64,000 nt of DNA from Sphingobacteriaceae bacterium (GTDB lineage: Bacteria; Bacteroidota; Bacteroidia; Sphingobacteriales; Sphingobacteriaceae). A program made the position numbers and the translations under genes. The notes below the pieces were generated by a model. The model ran no database searches. It was not told the origin of the DNA and saw only the letters and a list, made by a program, of their open reading frames with translations. Positions 17,276 to 29,600 of this stretch are shown one piece after another (positions within the stretch are counted from its first letter, which is position 1; every line of letters begins with the position of its first letter). Location: assembly GCA_017745075.1 (NCBI GenBank), contig JAGIAD010000001.1, positions 702,876 to 766,875 on the forward strand, in the 5' to 3' direction.

Positions 17276-18565
17276 CTACACCTTTATCCTTTCAACCAAT
17301 ACTTTTGAAGGGTCTGAAGCATCAAAGCCTTTTATTTCTACATATTTTACATTCGGAAACCAAAAGGTACCTCCCTCAATCCGGAGAAATATCCGTTCAA
17401 TCTGCATTTTCTTATTGTTGATGGTCGCAAACACATGATATTTTTTGTCTACAGCAGATTTATTCAGGTACATGGGCAGTTTTTTGTGCGAAGTAAACCG
17501 GAGTTCAAACTGATCATTTCCCAGGTTTTTGCTGATAATACCATAAGCAAATTTCCGCTGGATATAACTCAGCTCTTTTTTTTCACCTTTATCTCCGTAA
17601 CGCATCCAAAACACATTTACAGGCTGATCTTTATTCACTACACCATGTTTATCTACATTTAACTGGCAGATGATGGTATTGGTATTCGGATCGCGCTGTA
17701 GATAAAACAATTGATTACTGATATCTTTTGGTGTAGGGAAAGTAATCGGAGATGGATCAGCCTCTTGTGCATTTGCTTTAAGAGAAAACATTCCGCCCAA
17801 ACTGGTCATCAGTACCAAACCTGCGATCAATGCAGCTTTATTATTTCCTTTTCTTCCGTTAAATTCTTGTGCTTCCAGGCCTTTTTTTGCCTCTTGCAAG
17901 CGTTTAACAGCTGTAATATTGGTCAATACAGCCATAATGGTTATGGGCATGGTAAAAATAGACATGGTTTCGAATACATGGAAAGAAATACCTGGTACGT
18001 AAACCTTGTAATCGCCACCTATAAAGTGACCGGCAATGCCGCAGGCAATGGCAAAAACGCCAATAGTTACCACGCGCTCCGGCCGTTGCATTAAACCGCC
18101 TTTGCATTCTACCCCTAATCCTTCGGCTCTTGCACGGGTATAACTCACCATCATCGAACCGATAAGCGCAATAAAAGCAAACAACGAACTTAGAAAGTAA
18201 TGATGTGCTACAAGGTAATAACAGATACCTAAAAACATAATCATTTCGCTGTAACGGTCGAGTACGGAATCGTACAAGGCTCCAAATTTCGAGCTCATGT
18301 TTCCTAAACGTGCTACCTGACCATCGAGCATATCGAACAGGCCAGCAAAAAGTACCAGCGCGCCTCCCCAGCCAATGTAAGACATATCGCCCCGGTTCGA
18401 CTTTTCGGCGCCGAGCACAAAAATTACGGCTACGCCAATATTCAGGATCAGACCGATAGTGGTTACCGCATTGGGCGTTAAACCAATTTTAATTAATCCC
18501 TTTACAAAAGGATTAATGACCTTATATATGCCCTGTTGTAACCTGTCCCTTAATTTAGTTTTCAT
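17276..18565 (-). CDS. CDP-alcohol phosphatidyltransferase fused to a C-terminal DUF4833-like domain (candidate phosphatidylinositol-phosphate synthase)
   Basis: Signature DGQVARLGNMSSKFGALYDSVLDRYSE (DG..AR..8..G...D...D) in the N-terminal membrane domain. It is followed by a soluble domain of about 170 aa (LFYLQRDPNTNTIICQLN...). Confidence 0.8.
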   Translation of the reverse strand: MKTKLRDRLQQGIYKVINPFVKGLIKIGLTPNAVTTIGLILNIGVAVIFVLGAEKSNRGDMSYIGWGGALVLFAGLFDMLDGQVARLGNMSSKFGALYDSVLDRYSEMIMFLGICYYLVAHHYFLSSLFAFIALIGSMMVSYTRARAEGLGVECKGGLMQRPERVVTIGVFAIACGIAGHFIGGDYKVYVPGISFHVFETMSIFTMPITIMAVLTNITAVKRLQEAKKGLEAQEFNGRKGNNKAALIAGLVLMTSLGGMFSLKANAQEADPSPITFPTPKDISNQLFYLQRDPNTNTIICQLNVDKHGVVNKDQPVNVFWMRYGDKGEKKELSYIQRKFAYGIISKNLGNDQFELRFTSHKKLPMYLNKSAVDKKYHVFATINNKKMQIERIFLRIEGGTFWFPNVKYVEIKGFDASDPSKVLVERIKV

Positions 18566-18575
18566 AGCTTATTTC

Positions 18576-21119
18576 TTAAAAATCAAATTTTACCCTTGCC
18601 CTTATCCCCCATTCCGAAACCTCCGGATTATTAAGGTAATTGAAGCGTTTCACCAGATCTACCCTCAATAATTTAAAGATGTTACCTACGCCAACGCTAC
18701 CTTCCATATAGGGCTGGTTACCTAATGCATAAGTCCTTTGTGCACCATTTTCATAAACCGGAAGGCGGTATAAGCCTGTTTGAAAATTCGGATTATTTTC
18801 ATTCCTCAAGCCGCCATATAATGCTTTAAAGGATACCACTTCCCTTAACTTTAATTTTTTTAGCAATGGCACTTTATTAAAAAAGAAGCCATTAAAATTT
18901 TGATCTATATTGATGCTCACATAATGATCGCTCACAAATTCAAGAAAGTTCATCAGGTTATAGGAATTAAGCTGATAAGCATAAGTTTGGTTGGCACGGT
19001 GTATATCCAATAAAGGAAACGGAACTTTTCCTGCAATATAGCTTCCCTCTAAAGTTACGTCACTATAGCCCAACTGCGACAAATAAAAACGCTTATCAAT
19101 GCTTCCCAACAGGTTATGGTAATTGTATTCGCCACCCAGAACCCCTTTTAAACCAGCCGTATATCGCAAATTAAATACCGGATAGCGATCTGGAATAGGC
19201 ACACGGTATATTTTACCCTGATAAAATTTTTCGTTTGGTGCATACCTTAACTGAAGCGAAACTTCGCTCGTAGTTAACCTGTTTACCAGTTGATTATCCG
19301 AATTTAAGTAATTTAATCCACCGGCCGGTGTCTGACTCCATTTTTTAAAGCCAAGGTTATAAGAAAAGTGGTTCTCAAACTCTCTTACATAATCCAAGCG
19401 GTAAAAGTCGTTGTACAGCAACATATCGTTTACCCCGCGTTTAAACGAGAGCAGGAAATTATCTTCCTGTACAAACTGCAGCTCTTGTCCGGGTATTTTG
19501 GTATCGCGTTGAAAACTGGCCCTCACGTAGTTCTGAGGGAATTCGTAGATCGATTTATTATTGAGCGAATAAGTTGCTGAAAGGAAAAACTTCCATTTCT
19601 CATCTTTAATCCCATAAGCGAGGTAGTTTTCAAAGTAATAGCGTTTACTGAGCTCGGGGGTTGTACGCCCTCCAACCCGTAACCTCAAACCTTCTACATT
19701 GTTAAAACTATAAAATGTATTTACGGGACCAATCTCGTACGGTCCGAGGTTTTGATAACCTGCAAATAAAAGCGTAACGATTTTCATTGTACGCTTAAAG
19801 GATGGCAGATTTTGCAGGGTATCGATATTACTATAAATCTTCAGCTGATTCTTCGAAATGGTATCCAGCCTATTATTTTCCCAAAATTTATCGTCTTTTT
19901 TAGCTGCATCGGCCAATACCACGGTGCTTTTCCCCTGAAAAATGGTGTCGGGCAAAACCGTATCAAACTTGTAATTTTTAAAAGTAACGCTCCGTTCGCC
20001 TGTAAAGCCTATTCCTTTGGTTTTACCGATACCAAAATCGGCCAGTAAGTTGCTTTTGCTCAAACTGTATTTGCCTTTATCGTTCGGTTCGAAATTCAAA
20101 TCGATTTTAAGTGCGCGTACAAAGTTGAGGTTAATGTTTTTATTTACCCCAAAAGAAGCCCCGGTAACAGCGTAATGACTGTCGTTGGTAACGTAAATCT
20201 TCCCTTCAAAAAGCATATCGTTTGTATTACGTGGCGTAAAAGACAGCTCAATAACCTCAGGTTTCTGTGTTTTAATGGTATCGGTAATAAAAAACTTATA
20301 AAATGATGGTGCACCATCTGCAATCGGACTCAGGAATTCATTACTGATTACAGAAATATTGTTTTTATAAATATCGATATCCTGGTACATCCTGTCGAAA
20401 TAGGTTTTTAATCCTTTATTATCAATATAACGACTGTCAAATTGAACTTGTTTTTCACCGATTATAATAGTTTTGCTCTTTTCTGGATTTTTACTGAGGT
20501 AACTATCGGCCAGTTTCTCCTGGATATAAATGGGAAGGAGGTTTTTTCCGCCAATCAATGTCGAATCCTGCTCTTGAAATAAAAACTGATAATTCCTGAA
20601 CATCCTTTTGTTCTTGAACTTATCTGATACATTGCTCATCGAAAAGAGCATTTTTTCATACTGCCTGTAAGAAACAGTATTGTAGCTTTTGATGCGGTTT
20701 TCTTCCTTATGGGCAATTACCTGGCGGATCAACTCCACTGCCGGATTATCTTTATTGCGGTATTTTACCTTTTTACCGCCCACAATAACCACTTCGTCCA
20801 GGGCCCTCGAATCGGGTACCATGGCAACATCAAATTCCTGGGTTGCAGCAGGTACTATGTTTTTAAAAACAGTGCGATAACCTACATAATTAAAACTCAG
20901 CACGCTTTGTGGATCTGGAGAAATAAGGGTATATTTTCCATTCACATCGGTCTGAGTGCCTATCTTGGTATCTTTAAAGAAAACAGAAACATTGGGTAGT
21001 GTTTCTTTGGTTACGGCATCGCGAACCGTTCCCGATACAGTGGTTCTTTGTGCAAAAACATTTACCTGCAAAATAAAACTGAGCGCCACGGATAACAAAA
21101 ATGAATAAATCGGTTTCAT
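18576..21119 (-). CDS. DUF5686-like protein with N-terminal carboxypeptidase-regulatory-like domain (outer-membrane type)
   Basis: Signal peptide, a CarbopepD_reg-like segment (VSGTVRDAVTKETLPNVSVFFKDTKIGTQTDVNGKY), and a long region of alternating beta-strand-like sequence ending in an aromatic residue (RVKFDF). Confidence 0.65.
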   Translation of the reverse strand: MKPIYSFLLSVALSFILQVNVFAQRTTVSGTVRDAVTKETLPNVSVFFKDTKIGTQTDVNGKYTLISPDPQSVLSFNYVGYRTVFKNIVPAATQEFDVAMVPDSRALDEVVIVGGKKVKYRNKDNPAVELIRQVIAHKEENRIKSYNTVSYRQYEKMLFSMSNVSDKFKNKRMFRNYQFLFQEQDSTLIGGKNLLPIYIQEKLADSYLSKNPEKSKTIIIGEKQVQFDSRYIDNKGLKTYFDRMYQDIDIYKNNISVISNEFLSPIADGAPSFYKFFITDTIKTQKPEVIELSFTPRNTNDMLFEGKIYVTNDSHYAVTGASFGVNKNINLNFVRALKIDLNFEPNDKGKYSLSKSNLLADFGIGKTKGIGFTGERSVTFKNYKFDTVLPDTIFQGKSTVVLADAAKKDDKFWENNRLDTISKNQLKIYSNIDTLQNLPSFKRTMKIVTLLFAGYQNLGPYEIGPVNTFYSFNNVEGLRLRVGGRTTPELSKRYYFENYLAYGIKDEKWKFFLSATYSLNNKSIYEFPQNYVRASFQRDTKIPGQELQFVQEDNFLLSFKRGVNDMLLYNDFYRLDYVREFENHFSYNLGFKKWSQTPAGGLNYLNSDNQLVNRLTTSEVSLQLRYAPNEKFYQGKIYRVPIPDRYPVFNLRYTAGLKGVLGGEYNYHNLLGSIDKRFYLSQLGYSDVTLEGSYIAGKVPFPLLDIHRANQTYAYQLNSYNLMNFLEFVSDHYVSINIDQNFNGFFFNKVPLLKKLKLREVVSFKALYGGLRNENNPNFQTGLYRLPVYENGAQRTYALGNQPYMEGSVGVGNIFKLLRVDLVKRFNYLNNPEVSEWGIRARVKFDF

Positions 21120-21497
21120 TTAACTTGAAAAAATAAACTGCTTTTGCATGATATAATTGTAGCTTATGCCCGTTAAAACGGAACTCAAAACTTTAGCGAG
21201 TACGTAATTGAGATTAAAAAAATGGGTGAGGATAAATACACCTGCTGTAACGATGATCAGGTTGCCTGCCCATACTAAAATGTATTTTAATATCTGCCAT
21301 TTAATGGCTGTAGATTCACTTTCGAAAACCCATTTGCGGTTCACATAAAAATTAACCGCCCCGCCTGCAACCGTGCCTGTTATACTTGCTGCCAGGTACC
21401 ACCAGCCAAAAAGCCTCACGGCAATGATGGTCAAGCCAAAATCTGTTGCCGAGGCCACTAAAGATGATGCCTGTGCTTTTAGATAAGTGAACATCAT
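21120..21497 (-). CDS. GtrA family membrane protein
   Basis: 125 aa with four TM segments and a GtrA-like pattern (FYVNRKWVF, NYIMQKQFIF). Its stop abuts the start of the next gene. Confidence 0.75.
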   Translation of the reverse strand: MMFTYLKAQASSLVASATDFGLTIIAVRLFGWWYLAASITGTVAGGAVNFYVNRKWVFESESTAIKWQILKYILVWAGNLIIVTAGVFILTHFFNLNYVLAKVLSSVLTGISYNYIMQKQFIFSS

Positions 21498-21499
21498 GG

Positions 21500-21955
21500 T
21501 TAAAATAGTTCTAAAACAACAACCAGTTGCAGTATAACATTTGCATAAATCCCCGCCAGTACATCATCGGCCATTACGCCCCATCCACCTGGCAATACTT
21601 CGAGCTTTCGGATATAAAGGGGTTTGAGGATATCGAAAAACCTAAAAAGAATAAGTCCTATTAAGGTATATTCCCATTTTAAAGGCACAAATAACAGGGT
21701 GATGCACATTCCGGCAACTTCATCAATCACCACCCTGTTATGGTCTTTGCCCCAAATTTCTTCTACCATATCTGCACTCATCACCCCTATCATCACGATC
21801 AGCATCGTGAAAAGCACGGGCCATAGATAGGGATTGGTATAAGGGCCCTGGAAAAGGTGCCAGCAGATGCATGTTGCTATAGCAGCATAGGTACCTGCGC
21901 CTTTGCCGATATACCCGATTCCCAGGGCCGTTGAAAGAAATTTGTGAATAAACAC
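21500..21955 (-). CDS. pgpA: Phosphatidylglycerophosphatase A family (candidate PI-phosphate phosphatase)
   Basis: PgpA-type motifs GIGYIGKGAGTYAA, IDEVAGM and FRFFDILKP. The GTG start overlaps the upstream stop (TAGTG). Confidence 0.8.
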   Translation of the reverse strand: MFIHKFLSTALGIGYIGKGAGTYAAIATCICWHLFQGPYTNPYLWPVLFTMLIVMIGVMSADMVEEIWGKDHNRVVIDEVAGMCITLLFVPLKWEYTLIGLILFRFFDILKPLYIRKLEVLPGGWGVMADDVLAGIYANVILQLVVVLELF

Positions 21956-23280
21956 TATACTGTTTCTATCAGTTCTTCTTCGTAATCCTGACCTAAATGG
22001 GTGATCAATTCTTCGCCCATGATGTAACGTAAGGTATTCTGAAGTTTCATTAACTGTTTAAAAATGTCGTTTTCGGCAGGTACACCCGGAATCGTTTGCG
22101 GCGATTTCAGGTAGAATGATAGCCATTCCTGAATGCCCGAAAGGTTTGCACGTTTAGCCAGATCGATAAACAAGGCAAGGTCTAATACAATCGGTGCGGC
22201 CAAAATAGAATCGCGGCAAAGGAAATTGATTTTGATCTGCATTTTATACCCTAACCAACCGAAAATATCGATGTTATCCCAGCTTTCTTTGTTATCACCA
22301 TGCGGCGGATAGTAATTGATCCTGATTTTGTGGTACATATCGCCATACAGGTCTGGATTAACCTCTGGTTTAAAGATATCTTCCAGTACGCCCAGTTTTG
22401 ATACTTCTTTTGTTTTAAAGTTATCAGGATCATCCAATACCAAACCATCACGGTTACCTAAAATATTATCCGAGAACCAACCATTTACGCCTAATGAACG
22501 TGCTGCTAAACCTGGTGCTAAAATGGTTTTCATTAAGGTTTGACCGGTTTTAAAATCTTTACCGGCAATCGGCGTATTGGTTTCTTTCGCCAGTTCGATC
22601 AAAGCAGGAATATCTACTGTTAAGTTTGGCGCACCATTGGCAAAAGGAATTCCTAATTTTAATGCAGCATAAGCATAAATCATGCTTGGCGCAATACGCA
22701 AATCGTTATCTCTTAAACCTTGCTCAAACGCAGCTAATGATTCGTGCACTTCTGATGGTTCAAAATAAATTTCGGTAGAACCACACCAAACCAGTACCAA
22801 ACGGTCGCAGTTGTTTGTTGCCTTGAAGTTTTTAATATCGTCCATTACGGCTAAAGCCAGTTCGTAACGGTTATCGATATCTTTTACATATTTACCATCC
22901 AGGTTTTTTACATAATTCCTGTCGAAAGCTGCACGCATTGGTTTAATGGCCTGCAATTCTTCGCGTACATCGCGCAACAGGTTGGCATCCAGCACACGGG
23001 CATTTAATGCGGCTTCGTAAACATTATCTTCATAAATATCCCAGCCACCGAAAACGATGTCTTCAAGATTAGCTAATGGCACAAAATCTTTAATTTTAGG
23101 TTGTTTATTCTCGGTTCTCTTTCCTAAACGGATGGTACCCATCTGGGTTAACGAACCGATAGGTTTTGAGATCCCTTTTTTAACTGCTGCAACTCCGGCA
23201 ATCATGGTTGTTGCTACAGCGCCTAATCCTGGCATTAATATTCCCAGCTTGCCTTCAGCTGCTTTTACTTGTTGTTTCAT
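21955..23280 (-). CDS. ino1: myo-Inositol-3-phosphate synthase
   Basis: 441 aa. N-terminal Rossmann segment GILMPGLGAVATTMIAG and a catalytic region resembling MIPS (SDNILGNRDG, KSPQT). Confidence 0.8.
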   Translation of the reverse strand: MKQQVKAAEGKLGILMPGLGAVATTMIAGVAAVKKGISKPIGSLTQMGTIRLGKRTENKQPKIKDFVPLANLEDIVFGGWDIYEDNVYEAALNARVLDANLLRDVREELQAIKPMRAAFDRNYVKNLDGKYVKDIDNRYELALAVMDDIKNFKATNNCDRLVLVWCGSTEIYFEPSEVHESLAAFEQGLRDNDLRIAPSMIYAYAALKLGIPFANGAPNLTVDIPALIELAKETNTPIAGKDFKTGQTLMKTILAPGLAARSLGVNGWFSDNILGNRDGLVLDDPDNFKTKEVSKLGVLEDIFKPEVNPDLYGDMYHKIRINYYPPHGDNKESWDNIDIFGWLGYKMQIKINFLCRDSILAAPIVLDLALFIDLAKRANLSGIQEWLSFYLKSPQTIPGVPAENDIFKQLMKLQNTLRYIMGEELITHLGQDYEEELIETV

Positions 23281-23298
23281 TCTATTTTATTTAAAATC

Positions 23299-24284
23299 TT
23301 ATAACCAATTATTTTTACGGTACCACTTTATGGTTTCGGCAAGGCCCTTTTCCAGTCCGAATTGGGGCGCAAAACCAAAATCGTTCTGAATATTTTTAAT
23401 ATCACAGCCCCAATTAAGGGCGGTGAGTTCTTTTATCTTATCTACATTTAAGGCCGGAATTTTATTAAACACGCCATACAACCTTTCCATTGACCATGCA
23501 AGCCCCTTAATTATTTGCACAGGTACATTCACAATCAATGTTTTTTTGTTTAAAGCTTTACGCACATGGGCAGCCAGCGCAGAACGGTTATAAACCGCCC
23601 CGTCAGATACATTATAGCTTTTACCCACTACATCAGACGCAAGTGCTTTTATAATAATGTCGGCTAAATCAGTGGCGTACACAAAGCTTAATTCCTGCTC
23701 CTGCTTTCCGATATACAGCTCCAGTCCGGCTTTAATGGTTTTAATCAATATGAAAATGTCTTTCTCACGAGGCCCATACACTGCTGTGGGTCTGAATATA
23801 ATTAAGGGCAGATCCGGAATCTGGGCCAGGTAAGTTTCAGCAAGTGCTTTGCTGATTCCATAATTGGTTACCGGATTTGAGGCAGCCTTATCGGTGAGTT
23901 TTTCATTCTTTTGATTTAAAGGTCCCAGCGCAGCCAAACTGCTTACAAATACAAATTTCGTTATACGATGCGCTGATTTTGAAGCTGCCAAAGCCAGGTT
24001 CCGGGTATAAATGGCATTTACCTGGTTGTAATCATCCCGTTTTTTTGCCTTGGTTACTGCAGCCGCATGCACAATGTAATCGTATTTATTTTCTTCTATA
24101 TTTTCTTTCAACAGGTATATCGAAGAAAGATCAAGGTTAACATAGTTGATCGGAAAATCCCTAAGATGCGTTGCAGTGGCTGGTTGACGCACATTTGCAT
24201 ACACTTCAAGATCATTTGCCAAAGCAGATTTTATCAGGTGATAACCCACAAATCCTGTTGCTCCGGTAATCAACACCCGCTTTT

Positions 24285-24288
<4 letters not shown>
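23299..24288 (-). CDS. NAD-dependent epimerase/dehydratase family reductase (candidate ceramide/3-ketosphinganine reductase)
   Basis: VLITGATGFVGYHL Rossmann motif and YGISK (YxxxK). Its start overlaps the upstream stop (ATGA). Confidence 0.8.
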
Positions 24289-26632
<2,344 letters not shown>

Positions 26633-27146
26633 TTAAAACCCTGTTCTGAAAGTTTGGCCTGTGCCGAAATGCTACTGCAGATGTTAAAATCAGCGATACA
26701 GATTAAGGCTGCATTAACCAAACGATTTGATAACACAATTTTAACGCGGAATTGAAACCAAAAAAAGGTTCAAATGTGGGATATATTGGTCAAAAAGTTG
26801 GATCGGGAAAATGTGACATTCAGATGAATTGACTAATTGACATTCTGACTTTTATTATAAAATAGTAAAAAATTAAAAACCGCCAAAAAAGCATCAATTA
26901 CAAGATAAAAACCTGTATTTAAGCAAATTAAAAAACAGCAATTTATTAATCAAAAACACAAAAATCAATCAGAAATTAGTCATTTTAAAAAAAATTCCTT
27001 GTAAAATTGGTCCCGAACATTACATTTGTCAAAGCAAAGTCAGACAGATAAAGGGCGAAAAACTACCCAAAAAGGGTGGCTGAAATTGTAGTGCAAAAGA
27101 TAATCGAATCTGTTAAGAAATTATTAAAAAACGCTGAACGATTTTT

Positions 27147-28043
27147 ATGCAACAAGAATTACTTAACACCACTTTTTCCGAAAAAGAACATGAAGAAGCA
27201 CTTTCTTTAAACGATGGCCTGATGGCAAAAATCCATCATAGTAAAGATCCGCATTATTGCAGTTCGGAGCCTTTCCGCATATCGAGTTATGCTATAATTC
27301 TGATCACAAAAGGCAAGATGAACCTGAAGATAAATTTTGTAGAACATGTATTAAATCAAAGGGATATCCTGCTCATTTTTCCGCATGCCGTTTATGAAAT
27401 TAAGGATAATAGTGATGTTTCTTTCATCAGTATTCATTTTAATAAGAGTTATTTAAAAAACAAGGGAGTATTCTTTAATAGCGGAAATGCTTACCGGATG
27501 TTCCAGAATAATCCCACCCATAAATTTTCATTATCAAAAGAGGAATATACATTCGTTTATTATGATATGCTTGCTTTGCACAAAAAACTGAATGTACCTA
27601 AAGATACTCCCCAGATTAAAAACATTGTACACAATAGTTTCCTGGAATTACTGTACGACCTCTTTCTGATAAAAAACAAACAGAAAGATCCGTTGCCTTT
27701 TGCTCACGACAGTAAGACAGAACTCACCGATCGGTTTTTATCGCTGGTTTCGGAAAACTTTAAACAGGAAAAGCGTGTAATTTATTACGCCAACTGTTTA
27801 CGCATTACACCGAGGCATTTATCTCAGGTTGTTAAACAGGTAACCGATAGAACAGCTGGGAAAATTATTGATGAAATGGTAATCAGGGAAGCGAAGTTAC
27901 TGTTAACCAGCCATGTGATGAATATTTCGGAGGTAGCCATGGAACTGCGCTTCAGCAACTCCTCATTTTTTGGCAAATATTTCAAAAAACAGACAGGAAT
28001 TACCCCCTCAGAGTATAAATTATCGAATAATATTGCGGTGTAG
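27147..28043 (+). CDS. AraC family transcriptional regulator
   Basis: C-terminal HTH_18 (VIYYANCLRITPRHLSQVVK...ISEVAMELRFSNSSFFGKYFKKQTGITPSEY). Confidence 0.9.
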   Translation: MQQELLNTTFSEKEHEEALSLNDGLMAKIHHSKDPHYCSSEPFRISSYAIILITKGKMNLKINFVEHVLNQRDILLIFPHAVYEIKDNSDVSFISIHFNKSYLKNKGVFFNSGNAYRMFQNNPTHKFSLSKEEYTFVYYDMLALHKKLNVPKDTPQIKNIVHNSFLELLYDLFLIKNKQKDPLPFAHDSKTELTDRFLSLVSENFKQEKRVIYYANCLRITPRHLSQVVKQVTDRTAGKIIDEMVIREAKLLLTSHVMNISEVAMELRFSNSSFFGKYFKKQTGITPSEYKLSNNIAV

Positions 28044-28070
28044 TCTATTCTCATTAAGTTAAGTAGGACG

Positions 28071-28150
28071 TTGTCAGTCTGGGCCTGTCGAAGACCTTTG
28101 GTAGTCGAAAGCAAAAAAACATTTGCCCTTCGACAGGCTCAGGATGACAA
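28071..28150. repeat. 80-bp palindromic REP/MITE-like element
   Basis: The arms are TTGTCAGTCTGGGCCTGTCGAAG (28071-28093) and CTTCGACAGGCTCAGGATGACAA (28128-28150). They are complementary at 20/23 positions. Confidence 0.8.
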
Positions 28151-28522
28151 TAATTTTTGCTTTCTCCTTGATTTCACTACCATAGGCGTACTATTTATGC
28201 CAACTAAACCTGATCAAAGCGGGATGCCAATTCCTTCAAATTGGCAGAAGCGGGAGCAGGACTGAACTTCCCCAAAACGCTTCTGCCGTTGCTTTCCAAA
28301 AAACAAACATTAATATTAATTTGAGTTTTGGATATTTTAGCTTGATTATCAAATCATTACAAGATGAGATATGAGCGAGCCGAAGCAATCTATTCTAATT
28401 TTATTATCAAAAAAGATTTTTCATTTGTAGTTTATTGTTTTACCGGTATTCAAGCTCGCTTCGCGGGTGCTTCACTCTTACGCAAAGCCTCTTCTTCAGT
28501 TCGCAATGATGATAATTTGCAA

Positions 28523-29599
28523 TTACCTGTTTACATCGAGTTTTTTACCGGCTATATCTTCCCACCTGTAAAAATGAAAGGTTTTATCATCGCTCATGGC
28601 CACTAATAAACCATGTTTAAAATCGTTATTTAAAGGAACTGAAACGACATCAATACCATCTGTTTGATTGGCTGAATATTTTATCGTGGTTAAGAGCGGA
28701 TGTGGATTGGCCGTATTGGCTTTAGCTACCCTATCGTACACTTTTAACTGCCTTGCGCCCTGATCTGATACCAGGATATAACCTTTATTGCCCGGGGTTT
28801 TATAAATAGCAATCCCCTCATTGTCTACAGCAAAATCACCCTTTCCGAATAATGCCAATTCCTGATCTCCCTTGGCTGGGTCAGCATAATACTTGCGCAC
28901 CCCTACCTGCTCATCGCAATAATAAACAAAACCCAATTCGTTATCAACGGCAATGGCTTCGATTTCTTTTTTACCGCTATACTGGCCAAATTTTCGCACC
29001 AAATTGGCTTTAACATTTCCTTTTCCGTCATCTGACAATAAATATTGCCAAAGGTAGCCTCCGTTTTTGGGCCCTGTTTTACGGCCAACAATGGCATAAA
29101 TTTTTCCGTTCGGATCGGTATACATCGAAATTCCCATCAGATCGCGGTACTCTGCCGCTGTTTCGCCCACAAAAACCGGAATTCCACCATTATCAATTGC
29201 TTTCATATCCGGAAGCGAAAATATGCGCAGTTTATGTGTATAACGTTCTGTTGTTACCGCTATATCTGTCTTTTTACCAGCCAGCTGCAAACCATAGGCA
29301 ATATCGACATTATTGGGCCGTTTTAAACCTTTTACAGTTTTTGACCTGATGATTTTACCTTTCAGATCGAAAACATACAAGCCACCATTACTATCTTTAT
29401 CGGTACCAACAACCAAAGAATGCGCCGGATCGTCCGGGTTTACCCAGATTGCGGGATCATCTGTATCAAAATCAACAGGATCAGATACATATAGGGGTTT
29501 TACTGCTGTACTGTTTCCACTTTGTGCGCCTCCCTTGCAAGAAATGGCGAGGCTTAAAACCGCAAAAGCGGCAAGTTTTAAGATATTGTTATATTTCAT
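28523..29599 (-). CDS. Beta-propeller phytase (3-phytase family) lipoprotein
   Basis: DDPAIWVNPDDPAHSLVVGTDK..GGLYVFDLKGK matches the hallmark of Bacillus-type beta-propeller phytases. Lipobox LAISCKGG. I moved the start to MKYNNIL (CAT 29597-29599), 1 nt after the upstream stop. Confidence 0.85.
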   Translation of the reverse strand: MKYNNILKLAAFAVLSLAISCKGGAQSGNSTAVKPLYVSDPVDFDTDDPAIWVNPDDPAHSLVVGTDKDSNGGLYVFDLKGKIIRSKTVKGLKRPNNVDIAYGLQLAGKKTDIAVTTERYTHKLRIFSLPDMKAIDNGGIPVFVGETAAEYRDLMGISMYTDPNGKIYAIVGRKTGPKNGGYLWQYLLSDDGKGNVKANLVRKFGQYSGKKEIEAIAVDNELGFVYYCDEQVGVRKYYADPAKGDQELALFGKGDFAVDNEGIAIYKTPGNKGYILVSDQGARQLKVYDRVAKANTANPHPLLTTIKYSANQTDGIDVVSVPLNNDFKHGLLVAMSDDKTFHFYRWEDIAGKKLDVNR

Positions 29600-29600
29600 T

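Noticed and set aside
28364-28606. 80-aa ORF on the plus strand
   Set aside because: It overlaps the 3' end of the phytase gene and a degenerate repeat (..SSSVRNDD..). It has low complexity and no recognisable domain.
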